NCBI GenBank assembly: GCA_002189035.1
Contig: NEEC01000009.1
Coordinates: 3,038,001-3,102,000 of the forward strand
Direction: 5' to 3'
DNA: 64,000 bases
Source of the DNA: Utricularia gibba
Taxonomy: Eukaryota; Plantae; Magnoliophyta
Made by a program: the position numbers and the translations under genes
Notes under the pieces: model-generated
Told to the model about the DNA's origin: nothing
Databases searched by the model: none
The model's input: the letters and a program-made list of their open reading frames with translations, nothing else
Part shown: positions 35,528-47,638 of the stretch, in pieces
Layout of the letters: each line of letters starts with the position of its first letter
How positions within the stretch are numbered: the stretch's first letter is position 1

Positions 35528-38500
35528 GACATCCAAGGCAAGTAAAAGTTTAGACGTAGCATTGATTTCATTGTATTCAAACTCCGGGCATTGTCGGTTG
35601 TAGTCTTCGCTGTAAATCTTAAGGCCCAATAAATACAGTTGGTGGAGATATTCGGCCTCCCCGGTCCCGGCCGGCGACCTGCCATTTTTTCCAAATTTTC
35701 AAAACACATGCCACCTTGTCGCCTACACATATGCAAGCAGCAGGAAAACCAAAGAAATCGTCAAAATCGCCTTCACAGACATGGACTAACAGATACACAA
35801 AACTTCATCTTTTGCTTTCATTCCCGTTTTTTTGGCTGTAACATTGATTTGCAGCACTGTCAAACCCAAACCCACTAGGAACAGGAGGAGATGCGCCGCC
35901 GTAGACCAGTAGAGTGAGTGGGTGAGGTCAATCTCAATTACCCCCCACACACCGAGAAGACGATGATGATGATGTCCAAAAACCAGATTTTGGCCGGAAT
36001 TTGATTATTGACTTAGACCAATAATGGAGTGCTGAAGTAGAATGTTCCCATAAATACAAGAAGGACGGGAATGCTATCACCGCCGTATGCGGCCAACCAA
36101 CCACCTGCCTTCTCAAATGTCCCGATCATGTATTTCTGATGCTGTTAACTATCCCTTTTTATGATATTTTAATTTAATTAATACAGATGAAATTAATTTA
36201 TATAAAAATAAGTCATTCAAAAATATGAATATATATTCAAGTATTGATTGTTTATAATATGTTTAATATTTTATTTTTATTATTATGAGATTGATTAAAA
36301 TAACCTGATAGATTCATTTGCATTTTTATTTTATAACATAAATCAGTTTTTCATGTTCCACTAAACAATTTCTCAATGTAAAAGGTATATGTTACATTTA
36401 TTTATTACTTAATGTTTCAAAAACAAATGCAAATAATTTATAATTTTCGTATTTTTTTACTTTTTTTTGTTTTTTTCATCGATACAATATATATTCAGTG
36501 TATTTTGGTTGGTCGCTCCATTACTTTTGTCTCAAAAAAACATATATATTTTGCCTTGTCTTTTTCGTCTTCAATTTAATAATAAATAATTAGAATATAA
36601 TAAATATTTGAATTTATTTGGCAGAGAAAATTAAATACATATCACAAATTTAGAAATTCAAAAAATAGTGGATCTGGACAGTCACACTCCTGAGGCCTGT
36701 CAGCGGATCACAGTGATGACCAAAAAAACATCCTTATTTCTTTTATTTAATTTTATCGATTCTAATTTTTATTCATTTTGTACTAAAATTAAAAATTATA
36801 TTTTAAGATTAATTTTAGAAATTATTAAACTTTTTGAATAAATGAGTAAAATTTATATAATTCATTTTAAATACATCTAACAAATATAATTGTATATAAT
36901 AATATTAAATTATACAAAATATTTTTATAATATTAAAAATCAATTCTATTTTACATGGTATGAAACAAGAATTCAAGATCTAAAATTCTTGAAAATAGAA
37001 TAAATATCCAAAAATGTCAACACATTCCTTTAAGGAAAGCATATCATAACAACAGGGTGGTCTGATGGCCTTCGCCCAGAAAAAAAAACAAAACAAAAAA
37101 CAAAAAAAACAAAAAAACAAGAAACGCAGTCATTCATTCATGGTGTTGGTTTGAATGATTTCGAATCGCTGTTGCGGTTGCGCGTGTCGGCTGCCCCCAT
37201 GCCTTAGTTATGTTAAGGTTCGAAATTTCGAAAATTGGAGGATGTTGTGTCCTCATTCAATGTTGTCTGCCCAGATCATTATGTATGTGTGCGTTTCCAG
37301 GATCAGATGCACTTTCTTTCATTCACTACTTTGGAGAATAATGTTATAAATCGTTAAAACAAATGGTGTAGTTATTGATCATCAAGCGTCATGATCAATG
37401 TATTAATACATAAAAGTGATTTGTCATTAAGGTGTGTTCTTATTCAGTCCATCATTAGTAGCATAATAAATATGTTTCCATATCCAATAATCATGTGACG
37501 CATGTTTTTAGACCAATGATTCCTCAAGAACAGTGATGTTGTCCGACATTATGCCAATCCGGAAACATATGTTTTTTTTTTTTTACTTATTTTAATGGCT
37601 TTCTATGAAGTCTCTTAAGGCACCATGCATTTAAATTCTATCATCCATAGCACATGATCAAAACTCCTGAGCCATTCATGAGGGCTATGGTAAGTCCATA
37701 CTTTTTTATATTATATTATTCATTATAGATATTTAATCTTTATTTTTTTACATTTATAAGGAAAAATTCTCATATAAAATTCAAAATGTTTCTATATTTA
37801 ATAAATCTTAGCTTTTGTTTACAATCAATGTAAAATATTATCACTAGATTTATGAATTTACATTATCATTCACTTAGTCATTCAGGATATAGAGTTTGAT
37901 TTTGATATTAAATGTTACGATTCATACTTTATTTGTGCGATCTTCACCATTTTTTCTCTTTAGAGAAAAGTCTTCATAAAATATTTGAAGGGTTTCTGTA
38001 TTTAAATATATTTATTCTTTCATTAATTTTTTAGGTTACAATGGTGGGCTGGGCTTCTTTCCGCTCATCACGCGTAAACATAAGGACCCTTAGTGGGCTG
38101 GATGGATGGACTGGATCTCCTTTCATGTTTGGCCCAACATCAATCATCATGACCTCTAAACTCTAATTGTGGATTCAATGATTGGATATTTATAAAACAA
38201 TTTAATATAATAATATGTATTTCAATTAAAATTCTAATTTATCTTAAAAATAAAATAATTATTTATTTTTATTTAATCAAATTTGAGATAAATTTGTGTG
38301 ATTATTTTGATAATGAAAAATAAAAATGAGAATGTGTATAGAAAGCTGTGTGCATCCCTCTCCTCGTTGGTTTTATTTTGGTCAACTTCTTGCTCTTGAC
38401 GCATTCATTGGTCCGTTCTGTTTCGTTGACTCTCTAAAGCCTGCCCAGATAGCTTCTCGTTCTTGAAACGGGTGATCGGATCAACCGGCCAGTGGAGGAC

Positions 38501-38880
38501 GAGCTGCTGTTTTCCGTTGACCAGAAGCAAGCTTTTGTGATTTCAGAGCTCCTGTTTTTGTGGCGTACAAACAGAAGGAAGGTACACTGCTGCTGTTCGC
38601 CTTGTTGGCTCCCACAGTGCACACAAAATGCTTGTTTTTTATTTTTTCCATTCTGGAGAACAAGTTGCATCAGATGGTCAGCAGATACAGACTATTGGGG
38701 AGCAATCATCCAGACATGAATCTGGTGGCTATTAGAGAACTAATGCATTTTTTTTCCTAGTCGTCTTGCTGATGGATGGATGATCTTCTCTGTTGAATAA
38801 ATTATTGCGCTGTTTCTGCCAATTATGAACACAAATCCGTGCTCATACAAGAACCCAATCACAAACACAGAGGAAGCAGC

Positions 38881-40476
38881 CTATTTACACTGCTGGGGCC
38901 TGAAATTCTCTTCTGATAGTAGGAAACTAACCAGATTTTGCAGCCTCTTTGCACCAGCAGTGAGTCTGAGAGTTGTAGTATTGCCCACCACAGAGCAAGG
39001 GTCAGACCCATTTTCACCTTTTCCGATGCACCAGCCTCCCGGGACGACCATGCCCTGGCCACGAAACAGAAGCTCTGCATCGATGTGATCGAGTACAGGG
39101 TCGTTCCGGTGGAACTTCCTAGCAAACGGAGCGTTACTCTCAATCATCTCTTGCATATGGTTCATGGTGAGGTAGTGAGGGTGCTGCCGGGGAGGATTGT
39201 CCCATGAAATGAAGTGGAGATCACTGTTCACAGTCGTGTTGATGAACTCCGGCGCATTGCAGATGACGGTGTGGAAGTAGCTCTCTGGTGAAGAGACGAT
39301 GTTGGAGTAGTACATGAGGGCGATTCTGGGCAAGTTGTCGAAGCCCCAAACCAGGTAGTCGATAAACGGCCGAGAAAGCACCATCCAAGCAGAGCCTGCA
39401 AGTAAAACCAAGTCACTCAGGCAACATGCTTCACTACAGAAATCACTCATGGCCATCAAAGACAAAAAAGCACAACTGATTCTCAATGATGGCTGAACCA
39501 AACTAGCAAAGAAAGGCTTCTGTAAATAGAGCAAATCAATCTCATACCATGAAAGAGCTGGAATTTGGTGGGAACACTTCGTCGCTGTGTGACCCAAAAC
39601 ACTTCAGATTTTTTGCTCATGTACAGCCCTGGATCGATGATAACAGGCTTTGCCCTCGAGAACCTGTGAGCGGATTTCCCGATGAAAATCATGAAGCAAG
39701 CAACCTAATAAACGAAGAAAAAGCTCATTCACTTACTCTCTGTACCCAGAAGTTCTCGAGTTCTCAATGAAATTAAGATCCTTTGGGAGGTACGAAAACG
39801 TGTGCAACAGATCTATGCATCAACAAGACAAGGAGTCAAGAATCAAATTCACAGCAAAAAAGAAAAAAGATTGCATCTTGCGTATTACCATCTTGGGTAA
39901 CAAGAGGATAATCAGCAGCACTGAGATTTATGAACCAGTCCCACTCGCCGCCGTCTCTCAACATAACAGCCGCCGCGTGAAGAGTATTAGCTACCATTGT
40001 AGGTCCACGATAGGTAACCAAGTTGGCTTTCGTAATCATCCACACATTCTTGAATCTCCCAAAAACTGAGTGATTCGTTACATAAGTGTACAGATCGAGG
40101 CGCTCCTCCGGAGAAGATTCGGCGTCGAGATGTACAATATACTTGTTATGAGGATGGTAAAGAGCCTCAAGCGTACGGCGAAGCCTATGCCCATCGCCGG
40201 CGGAGCCGGAAATCAGGTAAGCCAAACGAGGTAAGGTTTCAAGGTCGGAAACCGGCAACGGTTTAAGCTTCGTTTCAGAATCAAACGACACCTCAGGCGG
40301 TGACACAACCTGGTAACGGCGGACAGGGAAGAAGGGGGAGTTTCAGGGGTAGTTAATGTAATCGAGAGGAGGAGAAAAAGAAAAAGCGCAAAGCAAACAA
40401 CGAAAGGAAGAAGACAGCTCCTTTGCGACGTTTGCGTGTGTCGCAGGTGTAGATAATAGCTCTTTAACTTCTTCAT
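38881..40476 (-). CDS. GLCAT14: Beta-glucuronosyltransferase GlcAT14 (core-2/I-branching GT14), 4 exons, -1 frameshift near 40334-40338
   Basis: MKKLKSYY start, TM, PRLAYLISGS.GDG, LYHPHN.Y..HLD, VTYRGPTMVANTLHAAA, WDWFINLSAADYPLVTQD, GSAWMVLSRPF, WDNPPRQHP. Confidence 0.9.
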
Positions 40477-41487
40477 TTCTTCATCAAAATATAAGAACCA
40501 AAGGAAGCATTCTATTCTTGAATAAACCCAGATGACGGATCTCGTTCCAAATCCCCGAAAAAGATTATCTTCCGAAAGCAATGCCTGCTCCGCTCCCAGA
40601 AAGTCCAACTCTTTTCTGAAATCTGAAAAGACCCACAAACCCCTCGACTCGATTTCAAGTTTAAACTGAAGAACAGACGACAGCGCAAAAGCGATGAAAA
40701 AAAAAAGGAAGGGTCCCGTCTTCAATCAGCAGAAGACGGATCCTCCGGTTCACCGCAGAAAGGGGATCGAAAGAAAGATGCTCTGCGAGGAGGAAAGCGA
40801 ATCAATCCACGTTTTGTCGGGTTCCTGATCCACAGCACATGGAAGAAAACCGGAGGGGTGGCCGACTTCAAGGAAGGAGCATCACGCGTGTGGGCCGCGG
40901 GCTCCTCCTTGGGAGGCTGCGGTTGAATTCCAGGCGTGGAGTGGGGTGGGTACATTTGGAATTACACACTTGGCTACTTTTGTTCAGTCTAAGGATAGCT
41001 ACCCAATTATTTATTACTCTTGTTGTTATTTTTTTAATTCCAAGTATTTCCCTATTTTTAAAATTCCTCCTCTAATTAAAAAAAATTAATTTGAAAAATA
41101 CACAGATTAACTCGATATTAAAAAATTCATATTTTCAAATGAAATTTCAAAAGAAATCATCAAATTTTGAGAATATTTGTTTTTGAAAAAAAACCCAAAA
41201 TCTAATATTCGGAGAATATTTGGGTAGTCAAATAGTCAAACTTCTATCCCATGCAAAATTTACGTGACACACGAAAGGTTGACCATACGTGACAACCTTG
41301 GACCGTTGTAAGAAGAAAGCAACGCAGGTTGATCCTGTCAACCTCTTGATTGTAATGGCCATCCTCATCTCTCGCAATTGCATGCTTACTATTTAAATGC
41401 ATCGCGCCGCGCCTCCATGGAATCATGCGCATTGTTCGCGGTCTGGGACCCAAAGCTGGCCAAGGGTTGACCCCAGAGCTTACGAAC

Positions 41488-43073
41488 ATGGACACAGAAA
41501 TGGAAGCAAGAACTACTGGTCTCGTCATCATTCTTCTCTTCTTCACATTTGCTTCTCTGGTTCCCCAAGGCGCCGCCCACATTGCTGATTTCGACGACTT
41601 CTGGCGACGGCGAGCGGCGGAGGCGTGGAACGCCACCCTCGAGTCCTTCGAGCCGGAACCGGCGAAGGTCGTCAGCAAGCTGAATGCGCATGCCGCAAGG
41701 TGATTGATTGATTGCTGGATTGTTGGCGTCGCTGGTTTGGGAATGGATGCATGACTTGGTGTTGGATGCAGGGTGTTGGAGGGAATCGGAGAAGTTGGGA
41801 TGAACGGCACACGGAGGAGCTTACGGGGGAAGCACTACAACGGGCCGTGCACGGCGACGAATCCGATTGACAGTTGTTGGCGATGCAACGCGAACTGGGC
41901 AACCAACAGATTCAGGCTGGCGGACTGCGGCCTGGGATTCGGATACAAGGCGAAAGGCGGGAAGAACGGCAAGATGTACACCGTGACGGACCCGTCGGAC
42001 GGCGACATGGTGAACCCAAAGCCGGGAACCCTCCGCCATGCCGTGATACAGAAAGGGCCGGTGTGGATCATCTTCGCTAGGGACATGATGATCAGGCTAT
42101 CACAGGAACTGATCGTGACTAGCGATAAGACAATCGACGGGCGTGGCGCGGAGGTCCACATTGCGTACGGTGCGGGGATCACACTTCAGTTTGTGAGGAA
42201 TGTGATCATCCATGGACTGCACATTCACGACATCGTTCAGGGCAACGGCGGCCTGATTCGAGACTCGGTTGAGCACTTCGGCATCCGGACGCAAAGCGAC
42301 GGAGACGGGATCTCCATCTTTGGTTCTCAGGACATTTGGGTGGATCATGTTTCCATGAAAAAATGCTACGACGGCCTCATTGATGCTGTGCAAGGTTCCA
42401 CTGGTATCACCATTTCCAACAGCCACTTCACTGACCACAATGAGGTACAAAGACATGAGAAAAAAATACCACCAGAATACATGTATTACAAGCTTGACAA
42501 CCTTGAAGCTAACCTGTAGGCGATGCTGTTTGGAGCAAGCGACTCATACTCGAACGACGTAAAGATGCAGATCACAGTTGCTTTCAACCATTTCGGCAAG
42601 AGAATGGTGCAAAGAATGCCGAGGTGCAGATGGGGTTATATCCATGTTGTCAACAATGACTATACGCACTGGAACATGTATGCCATCGGAGGAAGCAAGG
42701 GACCAACTATCATTAGCCAGGGAAACAGATACATTGCACCACCTATATCCGTTAACCAATATGCCAAAGAGGTAACTAGGAAAATACCAAAAATAATACG
42801 GCATCGCGTCATGAATGACAAATCTCATGTGCATCAAACTTGAAGGTAACTAAGAGAGAATATTCACCTGAATCCGTCTGGAAGTCGTGGACTTGGAGAT
42901 CACAAGGAGATCTGTTCCTGAGAGGTGCTTTCTTTGTTGAATCTGGTGATCCGAATTTCTTGAGCAAGCACCCGGAGAAATACGACTTAACTCAGGCTGC
43001 AGACTCCCGGAAGGTGGAATATATCACACGATTTGCAGGGGCTCTTGACTGCAAAGCTGGTCTTCCTTGCTAA
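41488..43073 (+). CDS. Pectate lyase (pollen LAT59/Amb a 1-like, with N-terminal Pec_lyase_N extension), 4 exons
   Basis: Exons 41488-41699, 41772-42444, 42520-42771, 42846-43073; [49 protein letters not shown]. Confidence 0.94.
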
Positions 43074-43375
43074 GGGGCCATGGTTGAGAACCAAGAAGAC
43101 ATGATAATGAATAATAACAACAATACTAAAAAACAGCACATTCACTTTTCCCCATTCCTTTTTTAATCTTCCGGGGTTTTCTTATTGTTCAAGATAATTC
43201 ATGGTGTCCACTGTTAACTCTTGTTTGATTATGAGATTTTGGAGAAGGCGGAAAGAAAATCAATCATAATCATCATCATGGAACATTAATTCAGATACCT
43301 TACTACAAAAAGGATCATGGCTAAAGGCGTTCGAAAAACATGAGCATACATGGTAAGCCTAGCCAACATTAAACT

Positions 43376-46300
43376 TTAGGAGCTATTGTCAGACTCAGGG
43401 CCGCCTGAATCAATATTTACAACCTGTGGGTTTTTGTAGCCACTGATTTCGTCCGTATAGCGCCTCTTGTCTGCCCTGGCTTTGGCTTCATAGGGAGCTT
43501 TTTCTTCAGCTATATAAACATTTGCAACAACTCCGATTAGGAGAAGACATACAGCAACGAGAGGAAAAGACGAAAAGAAGAGTCAAATGGGCAATACGTG
43601 TGAGCTTGTTCCATCTTTCACCAAGTACTTTCCCAACTTCTGTGAAAACAATCCCCGGATTCTCCTTCTTCACATTCTGCAGTTAAGAGAAGATTCATCA
43701 AAACTCTCCCCTTGCCCATGTCCATAATGGAATAGATGGTTAGAGGTTATCTAGTATGTATCAAGGCATTACCTCTCTCTCTGCCTGCGAGAAGAACATA
43801 AAAGCAGTAATTGCTCGTTTTGGTGCATTGGGATCTTTCTTCTTTTTCGGCTTCTTTTTCTTTTGCTCATCATCATCCCCATCCTTAGCCTTTTTCCGAC
43901 TTGATGATGCCTTTGAACTAGATGAATCCTTCCTGGGTTTCCTTTTATTTGGTTCCTGGATAAAAGATCACTCTCATGCCTGTAATGTTCGAATGTGAAG
44001 ACGGAGTAAAGTCAACCGATGAAAACTCACCTCCTCCACACTGCCACTGCCAGACGCGTCAGTCTTCAGCTTCTTCTTGCTTGGTGCCTGGATAATAATA
44101 ATGCATAATGTTAGCTTCTCACAGGATAACAGAAATCCATTTCAGAAAGCAGCAGCATGAGAAAAATCTCACTCCATCTTCATTGTCACTTGCATCTGAT
44201 TCGTCTTCCCCAGAATCGTCAGTAGGAGATCCACCATCATCTTTTTCGACGACAAAATCCTCATCCTGTATATGAGATATACCATTACGGAAGGTAAATT
44301 TACTGCTGCAGATGCAGAATACAGTGTTCACAAGGAAAACAGAAGCAGTACCTCCTCGTCGCTTTCATCCCCAATAGCTGCATTCTTGATTCTCTCAAGA
44401 TGAGGATCAACAGCATCATCAATATTATCCCGGAGGACTGATGCAACACCTTCTGCATTTTGAACGCCTCCTGTCCCAAGATTCATGATCTTGAGGCCTT
44501 TCTTACTGCAGTCAAACAACAGAGTAATAAGGAAAGAACAATAATAACTACAATTTTTCATAGACTTCGATTCGTATAGAGAACAAGGGCAATTAAGAGC
44601 TGAGCGTGGTGACTAACTTGACGAACTGAAAGAGATTATGGTACTCATTTCTCTGAATATTACGAAATAGATGCTCTTGTTCGGACTTGAGCCTGACGAG
44701 AAAATCAAAGTAATGCATATTTGAACCTCCTGCAGTGTGCCGTTCGAACTCCACATACTCTATCTAAATTGATGAAGTATACATAATCAGTTCATATTCA
44801 AAGAATATCTACATGAAGCTCACATCAAACTCATGATCGAAGACCAACACAAGCGCACACATACCTCATCATGGAGAATTAGTGTTGGTGGTTTCGGCAA
44901 GAAGAAAAAGCTCTTCTCTAAAGGATAAAGAACGCCATCTTCAGCTTTAAGGGATGATTTCACTGCATAACCATCCTGATTACTGCGAAAGTTTCCTGGT
45001 TTAGTAACTTTGGAACCAGATAATCCACGCAGGATGGCTATAAAAACCTCATGGATGAGTCCCTGAAACAGAAAAAAACTTAAATGCCTTGCAAATATTC
45101 CATTTCATGCCACCTTCTCAAATAAGTTATTACTGATTAGTTAATTAACAGAAAAATCAACTCATAAAAAGAGATGGCTACCTTGTAGTCTAACTTAAGC
45201 CTGTCTTTATACTTGGTATTCAGGAGTTCTTCACTCACTGACAATGTGGTATCCATCACAGCATCCGTCTCAAACTGCGAAATGAGACATTCGTACAGGA
45301 AACAGGGATGAAAAAACAAGGAAAAAGAAAGGTTTTAATTGCCATTCACAATAAATATTGAGGTCAGATGTGTAACATAGACGATCATCTACCTGCATGA
45401 CAATATGCGGATACAGAGTTTGACCCTTTCTAATTGGCGGATCAAGCGTGACAATTACAAAGGTATGGGGTTGGTTAGACTGTAGAAGCAAAGACGACCA
45501 AATTTCAGCCACAACTGATTTATTTATTATATGTTGCATTAGGATCATGGGCAGCTAAAACAAAGAAAGATTCAGGAACCTTTGGCAGCCAAAAAACACG
45601 AACAACACTGCTGTACTGAATTTTGAAGTCATTGGCCTGTCCTTGTAGACGAAGAAAAGACAAATGAAGCTCAACATTGTACCGACCCCTGCAAAAAGTA
45701 TGTCAAAATTAGCTAACGAGAAATTGCCTACGTGATTAATTAACTAAGAATTACGAACCTAGGCGTTAGGATGGCAATTCCATCAAAGGTAACAACAGCT
45801 TCTTCACCCCCAGCCCCAACATCTGCCATTGAGATAATTCTATCTCGGAACACCTAAAAGATCAAAAAAATAAATGAAATTCCACGAATATTCAGATTTA
45901 AAGCATCAGTGAAAGTTAGTTACCTGGGCTGAGGGCCGATTTTCATCTCCCAAAAACTGAGTATTTGAATTTGGTATGTGGAAACTAATTTCCATCAATG
46001 AATCTTTCTGATAGGACATTTTAGATATTAAGAAAAAACCAGCATGCTAACTCTAAATGACTAGTAATGAACAAGTTAAGAGCTTAAGGGTGATACCTCA
46101 TTCGCACCAGTAGTATCGTCTACATGAAACTCCAACATGACATCATTTTTTCCCTGTAGTTGAGTCTGTGCAACATCTGCCAGGGATATCTCGAATGCTT
46201 GCTTAGTTCCCACGAGGAAGGTAAGCATGTTGCCTGATATATGAAAAATTACATCATACATATCAAAGAGGTGAATTGCATCAGGGGTCTCGATAGGCCT

Positions 46301-47275
46301 CTTAAAAGAGTATTATAGTGTGACAGCAATCAACTACACAAAGAATCCTTACCATTTAAATCAACTTCCCCCAGTTTTTTCCACTAACAGAAAGTTGTTT
46401 CTCCTCAGCTATTTTTCCAAAATTAGATTGGAAAAATGTTGTGAGGCTGTTTACATCCTAAACGGAGACATCAAAGAGATGTGAGGTTTCTGTAAGCCCA
46501 CCAATATAGAAAATACTCACCCAGGTATTACTACATGAAAGAGATGATAGAAAAAAATTTCAACAAAATTACGTTACCTGATCACGAAAACCAGTGAACT
46601 TGTAGTATAGACCATCTCTGGTCCTAACTCCCAGTTGATTAGATCGAGGAATCTTCATCCAGGTGAGGCTAAGAAGGTCAGATTTGTCAACTTCCACAGC
46701 CTTGCCACCCCCAAGTTTCTTCCATGCTAGTCCATTAGAATGAAATCTGAGCTGCCCGGGATTCTATGAATCACAAAAACGTTATATTGTAATTCAAGAA
46801 AAACAAAACAACATTATTTTTGGTTGCAGATTCAAGAAAAGTATTTTTTTGAGCTAATGCATCACCTCTCAGCGAATAAAGTTTTTAAAACAAAAAAGAA
46901 AGGTGTGAATCCTAAAAAGAAGCTGCTTCAACATGAACGGAAATTGGATGGGAAAACCAGAAAAACCTAATCGATTGAAATATGAAAACGCGATCTTTTA
47001 CAACCAAGAAGTGAAAAAACTTTGAAACATCCGGAAAACCCTAGAAAAGAGGCATTCAATGATTACCGAGGGTAAAAGAAAAACCAGAGCATTTCATGCA
47101 GAAAAAGAATGCCTCCAACAAGGCATAAATGGGCACAAGAAAACATTACGAAATCACCAGCCAAGAACCAGCGCGCAAGAAACTTCAGAGAATCAAAGTA
47201 GAAACAAGAGCGTGAACTCACGTTCCCGCCACGACCGCCGAGAGATATATTATTGAATAAATGCCCATCCGACAT
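43376..47275 (-). CDS. SSRP1: FACT complex subunit SSRP1, multi-exon, -1 frameshift at 46368-46372
   Basis: [62 protein letters not shown], acidic tract and C-terminal HMG box; stop TAA at 43376-43378. Confidence 0.95.
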
Positions 47276-47638
47276 CGCGATTGCGGGAACCGAAAGCTTC
47301 AAGCAAGTTCCGCAAGCAGCTCTTTCCCAGAGGAAGATGGATCAAATATCGCCGTTGGCGCGAGACTGGGACGCTGAGATGCAAGAAGTCGACATAAAGA
47401 CACAAGAGGAGAGAGAGTTGGGGGGGGGGGGGGGAATTGTTATCCCGTAATGGGCCATTTTCCTGGGCCCAGTGGATTCTGTGTAATTAGGCCTTGGATA
47501 TATTTTACAATAAAATATTTTCTTTATTTTATTAAGCATCCTTTTTTCACATTTTAAAATAATTGTGTTTATTGGGAACAGTACGGAAATATAAGTTCTG
47601 AAATACAACTGACTACTCAACGCAACACTTGCAAACCT

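Noticed and set aside
35528-35629. 34 open codons with a TTG start upstream of the AGC kinase ATG (possible non-AUG extension)
   Set aside because: An open stretch this long can arise by chance and shows no recognisable conservation.
36690-36730. CTGA followed by GTGATGA, like C/D snoRNA boxes
   Set aside because: Boxes are in the wrong order for one snoRNA and no terminal stem or rRNA guide was evident.
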